Shown in pieces: positions 44,774 to 53,772 of a stretch of 64,000 nt of DNA. The DNA comes from Thermoanaerobaculia bacterium. GTDB lineage: Bacteria; Acidobacteriota; Thermoanaerobaculia; Multivoradales; UBA5704. Position 1 is the stretch's first letter. The number at the start of each line of letters is the position of its first letter. Position numbers and translations under genes: made by a program. The stretch lies in NCBI GenBank assembly GCA_035996875.1, contig DASYJD010000054.1, forward strand, positions 16,837 to 80,836, in the 5' to 3' direction. The notes under the pieces are model-generated. The model was not told where the DNA came from. It saw only the letters and a list, made by a program, of their open reading frames with translations, and did no database searches.

Positions 44774-46843
44774 CTACACCCAAGGCTCGATCTTCTCGAT
44801 CGTCCAGTCCTCGCCCGTAATCCCGACCACCTCTCCCGGTTTCTTCCCCAGCAGCTCCTTCGCCAAGTCGGACTCGTAGGAGATCACGTCCTCCTCGGGT
44901 TTGCTTTCCCAGGGGCCCAGGATGGTCATGATCCTCGTGCCGCTCGGATTGCGGAGGTGGAGGCGCGAGCCGATGCGGGCTTCGGAGATGTCGGTGCCCT
45001 CGGTCTCGATGATGCGGACGCGGGCCAGCTCGGCGTTCAAGGAGATGGCTCGGGCATTGAGGTACTCGTGGCGCTGGCGAGCGGACTTGTATTCGAAGTT
45101 CTCGCGCAGGTCGCCCATCGCGCGGGCCTCTTCGATGGCTTTGCGGTTGGCCGGAATGTCCACGGAGAGAATCTGCTGCAGCTCGGCGCGCTTGGCCGTC
45201 ACCGAGTCCGGCGTGGCGTAGAGGGGCGGCGGGCCGCTCTCCTTCCGCAGGTTCTGGAAGCGGAGATGGATGGCGTTGACCAGCGCCTCGCGCTGGAAGG
45301 GTTCGAGGTTCGAGGCGCGCTGGATGGCGTCCTCAGCCTGCGCGGCCTGGTCTTCTGTGAGATGCGGCAGCAGGCGGGGGAGCGTGCTGCCCGACTCGGC
45401 CAAGATCAGCAGCCGCACGCGGAAGGTGGCGAACTCGTCCCGGTTGAGGACGGTGAGGATCTGTTGCAGCAACCGCAGGGCGTTGCGGGTGCGCAACGCC
45501 TCGTCCACCGCCGCCCGCTCGGCGATCCAGGTGAAGGCCGCCGGGTTGCGGTGCGGCTGGGCCAGCAGGCTATCGAGGAAGCGCTCCAGCTCTTTGGGCG
45601 CGCCCTGGGCCAAGCCTTCGGAGAGCAGATCGAGCGCCCGCGGGTCCAACTCTCGGGTCATGGCGTCGCGGTAGAGGGCGGGCCAGTCCTCCCGGCGCTC
45701 GCGCACCATGACGTAGGCCCGCTCGCGCAGCAGACGGTCTTCGATGCCGGCGAAAACCCGCTGCGCCTGCCCTTCCAGGAGATCCTCGGGCGACCAATCG
45801 AGGTCGTTGGCGACTTTCGAGCCGCTGCGCTCGATAGCGAACCAGATCTCGAACGCGAGGCCGGGATCGGCGTCCATGGTGTTTTCGGCGACCAGGGCGA
45901 GGTTCTCCGCCATCTTGTCGCGCAGGCCGGCGTCGCGCGCGCCTTCGCGCTTCAGCCGCTCGATCTTGCGCCGCGGCGAGGCCTTTTCGAAAGCCTTCCA
46001 CACGGAATCCATGGCGTCGCCGCTGCTCTCGGCCCAGTGATAGGTCTGGCGCGCGCCGGTGCCGCTCGCCACCACCTGCGCGTGCTTGCGGGCCGCGCCC
46101 CACCAGGACGTCCACTGCGACTCGGCGACGATGCCCGCCAGGATGTCGCGCACCTCGCCGGCGGTCAGCGCCCGGTCGTAGCTCTGAAGGGTGAGGTGCA
46201 GCAGTGTGGGCGGCGTCATCGCCTTGAGCTCCGCAGGATGCTCCAGCTTGCGCCGCAGCACGTGCGCCACGGCGAGCGGGCGCAGCAATTTGGGCGCCGC
46301 CTTGAAGCCCACCGTCAGGCCGCGGATCTTTTCGAAGTCCACCTTGAAGCTTTCGAGCCCCAGGTTGGCCTCCACCACCCGGCCCACGCCCTTGCCCTCC
46401 ATCGCCACCACGGTGCCGACGTCGAAGGCGAGCAGCCCTTCGAGGCGCTCGACCTTCTCCCAGGTCTTGGGAATGTCGGTCGTGGCCTTGTGCAGTCCCA
46501 CGGCCTCGGACAGGGCCTTGTAGGTGGAACGGTCGCCGTAGAGCTTGCCGAGGGTGGAGGAGACGGTGGGATGGAGCTTTTCGGCGGGGACGAAGATGGC
46601 GCCGACGCGTTTGAGGAGCTGCAAACGGATCGCCCAGCGGCCGCTCTCGCGGAGCTGATCGTCCAGAAGCTCGAGCAGGGAGGCCGCGCGCGACTCCTCG
46701 CCGGAGCCGATGAGAGCGCGGGCTACGCCCACGAAGTAGTCGAGATTCGAAGGATCTTTTTCGAGCTCAGACAGCCACTCGCCTTCGAGAGAGTCGAAGT
46801 CGCCCTTCGACAATTGGTTCTGTGTTGTTCGTGTGATCGTCAT
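44774..46843 (-). CDS. greA: GreA/GreB-family elongation factor with ~500-aa N-terminal extension
   Basis: C-terminal IEEARAMGDLRENFEYKSARQR, ARIGSR, ILGPWES...ISYES-D-LAKELLGKK. Confidence 0.8.
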   Translation of the reverse strand: MTITRTTQNQLSKGDFDSLEGEWLSELEKDPSNLDYFVGVARALIGSGEESRAASLLELLDDQLRESGRWAIRLQLLKRVGAIFVPAEKLHPTVSSTLGKLYGDRSTYKALSEAVGLHKATTDIPKTWEKVERLEGLLAFDVGTVVAMEGKGVGRVVEANLGLESFKVDFEKIRGLTVGFKAAPKLLRPLAVAHVLRRKLEHPAELKAMTPPTLLHLTLQSYDRALTAGEVRDILAGIVAESQWTSWWGAARKHAQVVASGTGARQTYHWAESSGDAMDSVWKAFEKASPRRKIERLKREGARDAGLRDKMAENLALVAENTMDADPGLAFEIWFAIERSGSKVANDLDWSPEDLLEGQAQRVFAGIEDRLLRERAYVMVRERREDWPALYRDAMTRELDPRALDLLSEGLAQGAPKELERFLDSLLAQPHRNPAAFTWIAERAAVDEALRTRNALRLLQQILTVLNRDEFATFRVRLLILAESGSTLPRLLPHLTEDQAAQAEDAIQRASNLEPFQREALVNAIHLRFQNLRKESGPPPLYATPDSVTAKRAELQQILSVDIPANRKAIEEARAMGDLRENFEYKSARQRHEYLNARAISLNAELARVRIIETEGTDISEARIGSRLHLRNPSGTRIMTILGPWESKPEEDVISYESDLAKELLGKKPGEVVGITGEDWTIEKIEPWV

Positions 46844-46928
46844 AGGGGAACTTGAAGATACCAGATTCTAAGCCCAAGACGATGGAACGAGGGCACGAAG
46901 GGGCGCCGACATCCTCTAAGCTACCTCC

Positions 46929-47681
46929 ATGGCCGACCCGACTGACCTCGAGCCTGAGCTCGCGCGCCGCCTGCGCGAGGCCGGCTCCGAGGAGCTGACG
47001 GCCCTCGTCCGCGAGCATGCGAACGAGCTCGATCCGCAGGCGGTCCGCCAAGCGCTGCGCAATGCTCACTGCACGACGGAGGCGACGGAGGAGATCGCGG
47101 CCCAGGTCCGCCTGCTCTCTTTCTATGAGGTGCGGCGCGATCTGGCCATGCATCCCCGCACGCCGGAGATCCTCGCTCTGCGCTTCGTGTCAGGCCTCTA
47201 CTGGCGCGACCTGCTGGCCCTGGGGTGCGACACCCGGCTGCGTCCTACTCTGCGGCGGGCGGCGGACCTTCAGCTCGGCGTACGGCTGCCGCAACTGGCG
47301 CAGGGGGAGAAGGTGAGCCTGGCGCGGCGAGCCAGCGCGGGCGTCCTCTCGCAGCTTCGCTACGATCCCAGCCCGCGGGTGATCGCCGCCGTGCTCGACA
47401 ATCCCCGCCTTACCGAGATGCTGCTGGCGCCGGTGGTGGCTCGCGTCTCGACGCCGCCCACGGTGCTGGCGCTGATCGCCGGCGACCGCCGCTGGGGCGT
47501 GCGCTATCCGCTGCGGGTCGCCCTGGCCCGCAATCCCGCGACTCCGGTGGAGATCGCCTGGCGTATCCTGGGCACGCTGAGCCGGATGGACCTGCAACCG
47601 GTGGCCTCGGATCCGCGGTGCTCCGAGCCGGTGCGGCAGCGGGCGCGCGTTTTGCTCAGAGAACTGCCAGGAGCAACTTGA
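46929..47681 (+). CDS. Hypothetical helical-repeat protein (leucine-rich-variant-like)
   Basis: LAMHPRTP, VLDNPRLTE and LARNPATP repeats. Confidence 0.75.
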   Translation: MADPTDLEPELARRLREAGSEELTALVREHANELDPQAVRQALRNAHCTTEATEEIAAQVRLLSFYEVRRDLAMHPRTPEILALRFVSGLYWRDLLALGCDTRLRPTLRRAADLQLGVRLPQLAQGEKVSLARRASAGVLSQLRYDPSPRVIAAVLDNPRLTEMLLAPVVARVSTPPTVLALIAGDRRWGVRYPLRVALARNPATPVEIAWRILGTLSRMDLQPVASDPRCSEPVRQRARVLLRELPGAT

Positions 47682-47888
47682 GGCGCTCCGTAGAGCTTAC
47701 CGTCGATAAATTTGACCCCGGGAGAGCTGCCGCGTACAGTTGTAAGTCGCGTGCCAAAAAACGTGTCCAGTCGAAAAAGCGTTCCCACCCGCGAGACCGA
47801 TCCGGCCGCCGGTCCCGACAGCGTATCGGGGGCTGGCGGCGCCAGCATCAAGCGCAATAATCGCCAGCCGCCTTGGGAGAAGGAAGCC

Positions 47889-48689
47889 GTGCAAAACGAA
47901 TCCAGCTCCTTCGGCGACTGGTTGCGTCGCCAGCGCGAAATGCGCGAGATCAGCCTGCGCGACATCGCGGACCGCACCAAGATCAGCCTGCGCTATCTCG
48001 AAGCCATGGAGGCCGACCGCTTCGACCTCCTGCCCGCCGCCGTCTTCGCCAAGGGTTTCCTGCGCGAATACGCCCGTTACGTCGGGCTGTCGCCGGACGA
48101 CGTGGTCAATCACTATCTTTCCGTCAATCATCCGGAGGAGCAGGAGCCCGCGGCCAAGGACGACAAGATCCGGCCCAAGCCGCGGCCGATCGATCCCGGC
48201 CAGCCGTCGGTGCGGCGCAACTGGAGCTCCGGTCTGCTGCTCGCCCTGGTGGCCCTGGTCCTCCTCGTTCTGGTGGGGCTCGCCGTCTGGTTCGTGGACC
48301 GGCGCCACGAGTCGCCGGCAAACTCGCGGCAGGCGCCGCCGGGCGTCGTGGTGCCGCCGGCTCCGGCCCCCAAGCCGGCCGTGGCGCCGGCCGCTCCGCC
48401 GCAGCCGAGCGCCCCGTTGCAGGTATCCCTCGATTTCACCCAGGACTGCTGGGTCGAGGCGGTGATCGACGGCAAGAACCGCTCTTCGGAGCTGAGGGTG
48501 CAGGGCGAGTCCCTGCAGCTGGAGGCAGAGAAGAGCATCGTGCTCACCCTCGGCAACGCCGGGGCCGTCGAGGTGCAAGTGAACGGCTACCCTCTCGACC
48601 TGGGCAAGAAGAAGGGTGACGTGGTGCACGATCTGCTGATCGACCTCAACACCGTCCAGGCCCTGAAAGCGAAGAAAGAGACCCGCTGA
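47889..48689 (+). CDS. RodZ-like HTH - TM - DUF4115 protein
   Basis: FGDWLRRQREMREISL...YLEAMEAD...FAKGFLREYARYVGL; TM; CWVEAVIDG...LTLGNAGAVEVQVNG. Confidence 0.85.
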   Translation: MQNESSSFGDWLRRQREMREISLRDIADRTKISLRYLEAMEADRFDLLPAAVFAKGFLREYARYVGLSPDDVVNHYLSVNHPEEQEPAAKDDKIRPKPRPIDPGQPSVRRNWSSGLLLALVALVLLVLVGLAVWFVDRRHESPANSRQAPPGVVVPPAPAPKPAVAPAAPPQPSAPLQVSLDFTQDCWVEAVIDGKNRSSELRVQGESLQLEAEKSIVLTLGNAGAVEVQVNGYPLDLGKKKGDVVHDLLIDLNTVQALKAKKETR

Positions 48690-48691
48690 CC

Positions 48692-49708
48692 GTGGCTGGC
48701 AGCATGTCGTCGATTCTCGAGCAGATCCGCTCGGGAAATCATCAGCTTCAACTCCTGGCCGCCGATGGTGTGCTGCCGCTGCCGCCGGAGGAGCTGATCC
48801 CCCTTCAGGTCGAGCTGGCGCAAGGCGAAGATTCCGAGGTGGCATTGCGCGCCAAGGCGAGCCTGCGGACGACGGACGTCCGCCTGGCCGGTTCGTTCCT
48901 CGAACGGACCGCCGGGAACAAGGTGCTGGCCTGGTTCGCCGAGGAGGCCAGCCATCCGGTGCTCATCGAGGCCATCCTCCGCCGGCGCGACACGCCGCGT
49001 CTCCTGCTCACCCGGCTGGCCCGCCGCCTTCCTCCCGACCTGCAGGAGCTCCTCCTGCTGCGCCAGGACGCCATCGTCGAGCAGCCGGCGATCCTCGAGG
49101 CGCTGGAGGAGAACCCCGAGGTCTCCACCTACACCCTGCGGCGCATCGCCGAGTACCGCGAGCACCTGCTGCCGCGGGAGCGCACCCCGGTCGTGCGCGC
49201 CCCCGCGGCTCCGGAGGAGATGGACGAGGAGGAGCTGGCGGAGGCGATCGAGGCGGCCCGCGAGCTTCCGGCTCTGGGCGAGCTGGAGCCCGAGAGGACC
49301 AAGCTCACCGAGGGGCAGATCCGCATGCTCCCCGTGCCGGCCCGCCTGAAGCTCACCCGCGGCGCGCCGCGCACCCTGCGCAGCATCCTCCTGCGGGACT
49401 CCAACGTCCAGGTCGCCACCTCGGTGGTCATCAACAACGCTCTCTCCGATCAGGAGGTGGAGCAGATCGCCTCCAGCCGGACGGTGGTCGAGGAGGTGCT
49501 GATTCTGGTGGCCCGAAGGCGCGACTGGGTCGGCAAATACAACATCATGAAGGCACTGGTGGCGAATCCACGAACGCCGACGGGCACGGCCCTGCGCCTG
49601 GTGCCCCGGCTGGTGGTGCGAGACCTCCGCGATCTCGGCCGGGACCGGAATATTCCGGACGCGATACGCTCGACAGCCTTGCGTTTGTATAGAATCAAGC
49701 AGAAATAA
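48692..49708 (+). CDS. Conserved hypothetical helical-repeat protein
   Basis: RLKLTRGAPRTLRSILLRDSN, ALVANPRTP, RDLRDLGRDRNIP; similar in style to 46929-47681. Confidence 0.75.
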   Translation: MAGSMSSILEQIRSGNHQLQLLAADGVLPLPPEELIPLQVELAQGEDSEVALRAKASLRTTDVRLAGSFLERTAGNKVLAWFAEEASHPVLIEAILRRRDTPRLLLTRLARRLPPDLQELLLLRQDAIVEQPAILEALEENPEVSTYTLRRIAEYREHLLPRERTPVVRAPAAPEEMDEEELAEAIEAARELPALGELEPERTKLTEGQIRMLPVPARLKLTRGAPRTLRSILLRDSNVQVATSVVINNALSDQEVEQIASSRTVVEEVLILVARRRDWVGKYNIMKALVANPRTPTGTALRLVPRLVVRDLRDLGRDRNIPDAIRSTALRLYRIKQK

Positions 49709-49717
49709 GGACTCACG

Positions 49718-50377
49718 ATGGCCAGGGACTTCTACGCCGTCCTCGCTCTCTCACGGAGCGCCAGCGAGGACCAGATCCGGCAGCGCTTCCGCGAGCTAGC
49801 CCGTATCCGGCATCCCGACCGGTTCAGGGGCCAGGAGAAGGTGCGCGCCGAAAAGGACTTCCAGGAGATCACCGAGGCCTTCAACGCCCTCGTCGACCCG
49901 AACCGCCGCCGCCGCCACGACGCCGACCTGGTGCGCCCGGAGGAGCAGAGCGGCACCGATCCGCGGGAGCTCTTCCGCGTCTATCTGCAGCGCGGTGTGA
50001 AGGCCTACAAGGAGAAGAACTACCTGGAGGCGGCCAGCAACTTCGACCTAGCGACCCAGACGGACTCCCGCAACGCCCAGGCCTGGCACCATCTGGCCCA
50101 GGCCTGCAGCCAGAACAAGAGCTGGCTGCCCAAGGCCGTGGCCGCCATCGAGAGGGCCTGCGCCCTGGAGCCCATGAACGGGGCCTATCTGAAGCAGGCC
50201 GGCCGCATCTTCACCCTCACCGGCCAGACCGACGAGGCCATTCAGTATTACCGCAAGGCTCTTCAGTGGGGGGACGACGATCCCGCCGTGCACGCGGCCT
50301 TGAACGAGCTGATCCGCGCCACCGCCTCTGCCGCCGCTCCCGCCCGCCGGAGCCTGTTTGGAAGGACGGGCGAATGA
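49718..50377 (+). CDS. J-domain (DnaJ) plus TPR protein
   Basis: DFYAVL...HPD...FQEITEAFNAL...YD-like; C-terminal TPRs. Confidence 0.88.
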   Translation: MARDFYAVLALSRSASEDQIRQRFRELARIRHPDRFRGQEKVRAEKDFQEITEAFNALVDPNRRRRHDADLVRPEEQSGTDPRELFRVYLQRGVKAYKEKNYLEAASNFDLATQTDSRNAQAWHHLAQACSQNKSWLPKAVAAIERACALEPMNGAYLKQAGRIFTLTGQTDEAIQYYRKALQWGDDDPAVHAALNELIRATASAAAPARRSLFGRTGE

Positions 50378-51171
50378 CGGCGTTGCGCATCAAGGCCTGC
50401 GGACTGTCCGACGTCGGGCTCACCCGGGCCCACAACGAGGACTATTTCGAGATCGATCCAATGCACCGCCTGTACGTGGTGGCGGACGGCATGGGCGGCC
50501 ACAGCCATGGCGAGGTGGCCTCTCAGATCGCCGTCAACACCATCCGCGATTACGTCGCCAAGACTTCCGACAAGGACACCACCTGGCCCTTGGGCATGGA
50601 CGTCCGCCTGGAGCGCCACTCGAACCTGCTGAAGATGGCGGTGCGCGCGGCGCACGACCAGGTGCTGCGGGCCATCAGCAAGGACGGCTCGCTGTATGGC
50701 ATGGGTACGACGGTGGTGGGGCTGCTGATCGCCGGCCAGACCGTGGCCGTGGCCCACGTCGGCGACAGCCGGGCCTACCGGCTGCGCGGCGACCGCCTGG
50801 AGCAGCTCACCCAGGACCACACCTGGGTCAACGAGCAGGTGGTGGCCGGCTTCCTCTCCAAGGAGCAGGCGCGCTCGCACCCGCTCAAGAACGTCGTCAC
50901 CCGTGCCCTGGGCGGCGAGAGCGACGTGCTGGTCGACGTGCGGGAGCTCGAGGTACGGACCGGCGACCTGTTCCTGCTCTGCTCCGACGGCCTGACCGGC
51001 ATGCTCTCCGACGCCGACATCCGGGACCGCCTCTCCTCCGGCCGCAGCCTGCACGAGATCTGCCGTACCCTCATCAACGACGCCAACGCCCGCGGCGGCA
51101 TCGACAACGTCACCGTCGTGCTCCTCTCCGCCGAAGAGGATGCCGGGCGCGACGGCGACTCGACGCGGTAG
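50374..51171 (+). CDS. PP2C-type Ser/Thr phosphatase (Stp1/PrpC)
   Basis: SDVGLTRAHNED, VADGMGG, GMGTT, HVGDSR, LCSDGL, GGIDNVT. Confidence 0.93.
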   Translation: MTALRIKACGLSDVGLTRAHNEDYFEIDPMHRLYVVADGMGGHSHGEVASQIAVNTIRDYVAKTSDKDTTWPLGMDVRLERHSNLLKMAVRAAHDQVLRAISKDGSLYGMGTTVVGLLIAGQTVAVAHVGDSRAYRLRGDRLEQLTQDHTWVNEQVVAGFLSKEQARSHPLKNVVTRALGGESDVLVDVRELEVRTGDLFLLCSDGLTGMLSDADIRDRLSSGRSLHEICRTLINDANARGGIDNVTVVLLSAEEDAGRDGDSTR

Positions 51172-51181
51172 GGCCCTTCCT

Positions 51182-52282
51182 TTGCGGATCGCAGTCATCG
51201 GCGGTGGCCCCGCCGGGGGCTCGGCGGCCCTCGCCCTGGCCCGCGGCGGCATGGCGGTGGACCTCTACCTGCCGGCCCGTCCCGGCGAGAAACCCTGCGG
51301 CGGCGCGTTGCCGGAGCACGTGCTGCCGCGCCTCGCCGGCTTCGATCCCTCAGCCCTTCCAGCCGTTGTCAGCCCTGGCGCCGTGCTGGAGAACGCCCGC
51401 CGGGGCCGCATCGAGGTGGACCTCCAGGGGATTCGCATCTACCGCCGGCGCGACTTCGACCACGCTCTTTCCGAGGCGGCCGTGACCGCGGGCGCCGTGT
51501 TGCGGCCCGCCAAGGTGGAACGCCTGGAGATGGGGGACAGTGCCGTCCAGGTCACCGCGGCAGGAGAAACCCGGGGCTATGATTGGATCGTGGGCGCGGA
51601 CGGAGCCCGCGGCTTGACGCGCCGCAGCCTGGGGCTGACGCCCGAGGGCGACAGCCTCGGCCTCGGCGGCTCCCTCTCGGGGCTCGCTTGGTACCGCCTC
51701 GTCCTGGCCTTTCCCGGCCTCGCGGATTCCTATCTCTGGATCTTCCCCCGTCCCGGCGGCGCCTCGGTGGGCATCGCCTACACCGCCGGCCGTCTCTCGG
51801 ACGTGGACGCCCGCGCCGCCCTCGACGCCTTTCTCGACCGCCATCTTCCGGCCGGCTGGCGGGACTTGCCGGGCCCCCGCTATCGCTACCCCATCCCCGT
51901 CTTCGGCGCCTGGACTCTGCCGGCTGTGCGCCGCGCATTGGCGAGCCGCGTCCTCCTCGCCGGGGACGCCGCCGCCTTGGCCGACCCGCTCACCCGGGAG
52001 GGAATCCGCTATGGTCTCCTCTCCGGTCTCTGGGCCGCGGAGAGCCTGCTGGCCGGAAACCCCGGAGGATACCCGCAAGTCCTGGCCGCGGAGCTGGCGG
52101 CCGAGTTGGAGAAAGCGGGAAGGGCCAGGGACCTGTTCTTCGAGAGATCGATTGGGCAGTGGATGGTGCCCGCGGCGCGGCTGCACCCGGGAATCCGGAG
52201 GGTGCTCGGAGACCTGCTGGCGTGCCGGCAGCCTTACACGGGACTGCGGAAGCGGTTGGTGCGAAGTCTTTTCTCGGACTGA
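51182..52282 (+). CDS. FAD-dependent oxidoreductase, geranylgeranyl reductase-like
   Basis: IAVIGGGPAG, KPCGG, VGADG, YLWIFP, LAGDAA...DPLTREGI. Confidence 0.85.
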   Translation: MRIAVIGGGPAGGSAALALARGGMAVDLYLPARPGEKPCGGALPEHVLPRLAGFDPSALPAVVSPGAVLENARRGRIEVDLQGIRIYRRRDFDHALSEAAVTAGAVLRPAKVERLEMGDSAVQVTAAGETRGYDWIVGADGARGLTRRSLGLTPEGDSLGLGGSLSGLAWYRLVLAFPGLADSYLWIFPRPGGASVGIAYTAGRLSDVDARAALDAFLDRHLPAGWRDLPGPRYRYPIPVFGAWTLPAVRRALASRVLLAGDAAALADPLTREGIRYGLLSGLWAAESLLAGNPGGYPQVLAAELAAELEKAGRARDLFFERSIGQWMVPAARLHPGIRRVLGDLLACRQPYTGLRKRLVRSLFSD

Positions 52283-52289
52283 CCGCTAT

Positions 52290-52500
52290 CCTGGCTGTTC
52301 TCCCTCTTCTCCCGGTCGGGGGGAGGGCGATGGGAGAAGAGGGCCGGGGTGATGAGGGGTCTTCCGGCGGTACGTCGACGCGCCGCCGACGGCTGTGGTG
52401 TTCACAACCGTCCTCTCCGCGCCGGAGACGCCCCACGGGGTACCCCGTGGGCGTCTCTACCTTGGGACCGGTAGGGAAGAGGGCCGGGGTGATGAGGGTC
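52290..52500. repeat. Family A halves flanking a family B REP
   Basis: Reverse core at 52300-52350; GGAGACGCCCCACGGGGTACCCCGTGGGCGTCTCTAC at 52424-52460; partial core at 52475-52500. Confidence 0.85.
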
Positions 52501-53619
52501 CTATTTCCCCAGCTCCTTCCCGTACTCATACCCCTTGCGGGACTTGAGCTTGAACTCAGGGTTGCTGGTCTTCACGTCGACTTCCTGGAAACCCGACTTG
52601 CCAGCCGGCTGGTTGCTCTCGTAGCTCAGCAGGTAGTAGCCGTTGTTCTCCTTCGCCACCTGGTCGAGCGGCGTCGAGAAGTTGGTGACGTTGAAGAAGT
52701 AGCGGCCGCCGGTGTCCTTCGAAAGGAGGTTGAGCGAGTCGGACAGCGTGTGGTCCACGGCCGGGGGCGTCAGGTCGAGACTGTAGACGGCCACGTTGTT
52801 GTTGTTGAGCGTGCGCACCGTGGGGTTGAAGTAGCGGTCGTCCGGCACGAAGCTGCCGAAGGTGTTCTCGCGGCCGGGCAGGCCGAAGGTGAAGAGCAGG
52901 AGGTTCTTGCGGCCCCGGATGTTGCCGGCGGCGCGGGCGATCTGCTGCATCGCCTCGTAGAGGTTGGGCGTCTTGTCCCGCAGCTCGTTGCCCTTGGGCA
53001 GGCCGGCGAGGAGCGACGGGCCCTTGCCGGCTTGAATCCGCGAGGGGAAGTTCCCCTCCGGATCCGATCCCTTCAAGGCCTCGCCGATGGCGGCCACCAG
53101 CGCCCGTTGGTCGTGGGTGAAGTCCTGCTGCACCTTGAGGCGGGTGTCGAAGGAGACGACCGCCACCCAGTCGTTCGGGAGCAGCTCGCCGTCCACCCAG
53201 CCGCGCGCGCGCTTGGCTGCTTCCATCTGCTGCGAGAGCAGCTGCGGCGCCTCCTGGGCGGTCTCCTTCAGGTCCTGGAAGAGGAGGACGAAGTAGCGGT
53301 CGTCCGTCGCCTGGTCCACCGTCACCCCCTGCTTCGCCAGCTTGGGCGTCGACTCGAGCAGCCGCCGGTTGCTGTAGAAGGTGACGCCGGTCAGCGCCAC
53401 CGGCTTGCCGTTCTCCTTGACCACGAAGTCATTCTTGTCGAGTCCCACGATCACGTTGCCTTTGGCATCCGTGACCAGCACGTCCAGGAGAACCTCGTTG
53501 ACGTTCACTTTGCCCTGGAACTCGGCCTGAGGCTTCTCCGAGTCCTGAGCCCGGGCCGCGCCCACCGCGCTGCAGAGCGCGACGAGAGCGAGCGCCGTCA
53601 TACGTAGGGTTCTTGACAT
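52501..53619 (-). CDS. Secreted VWA-domain protein (Acidobacterial VWFA-related)
   Basis: Signal peptide; VNEVLLDVLVTDAKGNVIVGLDKNDFVVKENGKP; GRKNLLLF; TGGRYF; YYLLSY...KSRKGY. Confidence 0.88.
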   Translation of the reverse strand: MSRTLRMTALALVALCSAVGAARAQDSEKPQAEFQGKVNVNEVLLDVLVTDAKGNVIVGLDKNDFVVKENGKPVALTGVTFYSNRRLLESTPKLAKQGVTVDQATDDRYFVLLFQDLKETAQEAPQLLSQQMEAAKRARGWVDGELLPNDWVAVVSFDTRLKVQQDFTHDQRALVAAIGEALKGSDPEGNFPSRIQAGKGPSLLAGLPKGNELRDKTPNLYEAMQQIARAAGNIRGRKNLLLFTFGLPGRENTFGSFVPDDRYFNPTVRTLNNNNVAVYSLDLTPPAVDHTLSDSLNLLSKDTGGRYFFNVTNFSTPLDQVAKENNGYYLLSYESNQPAGKSGFQEVDVKTSNPEFKLKSRKGYEYGKELGK

Positions 53620-53772
53620 GGCATTTCTCCTTGAGATCGATCCGTTCAGCCCGGACTTGCGGCGTCCGAACGTGTCCTTCCCTTCTCTAGAGAGCAAGGG
53701 ACGGGCCAGCAGTATTCCGCCCGTCCGGCGCCGTTTCGTCCCCCGGAGTGGACGATGCGGCGCTCCTCACTG

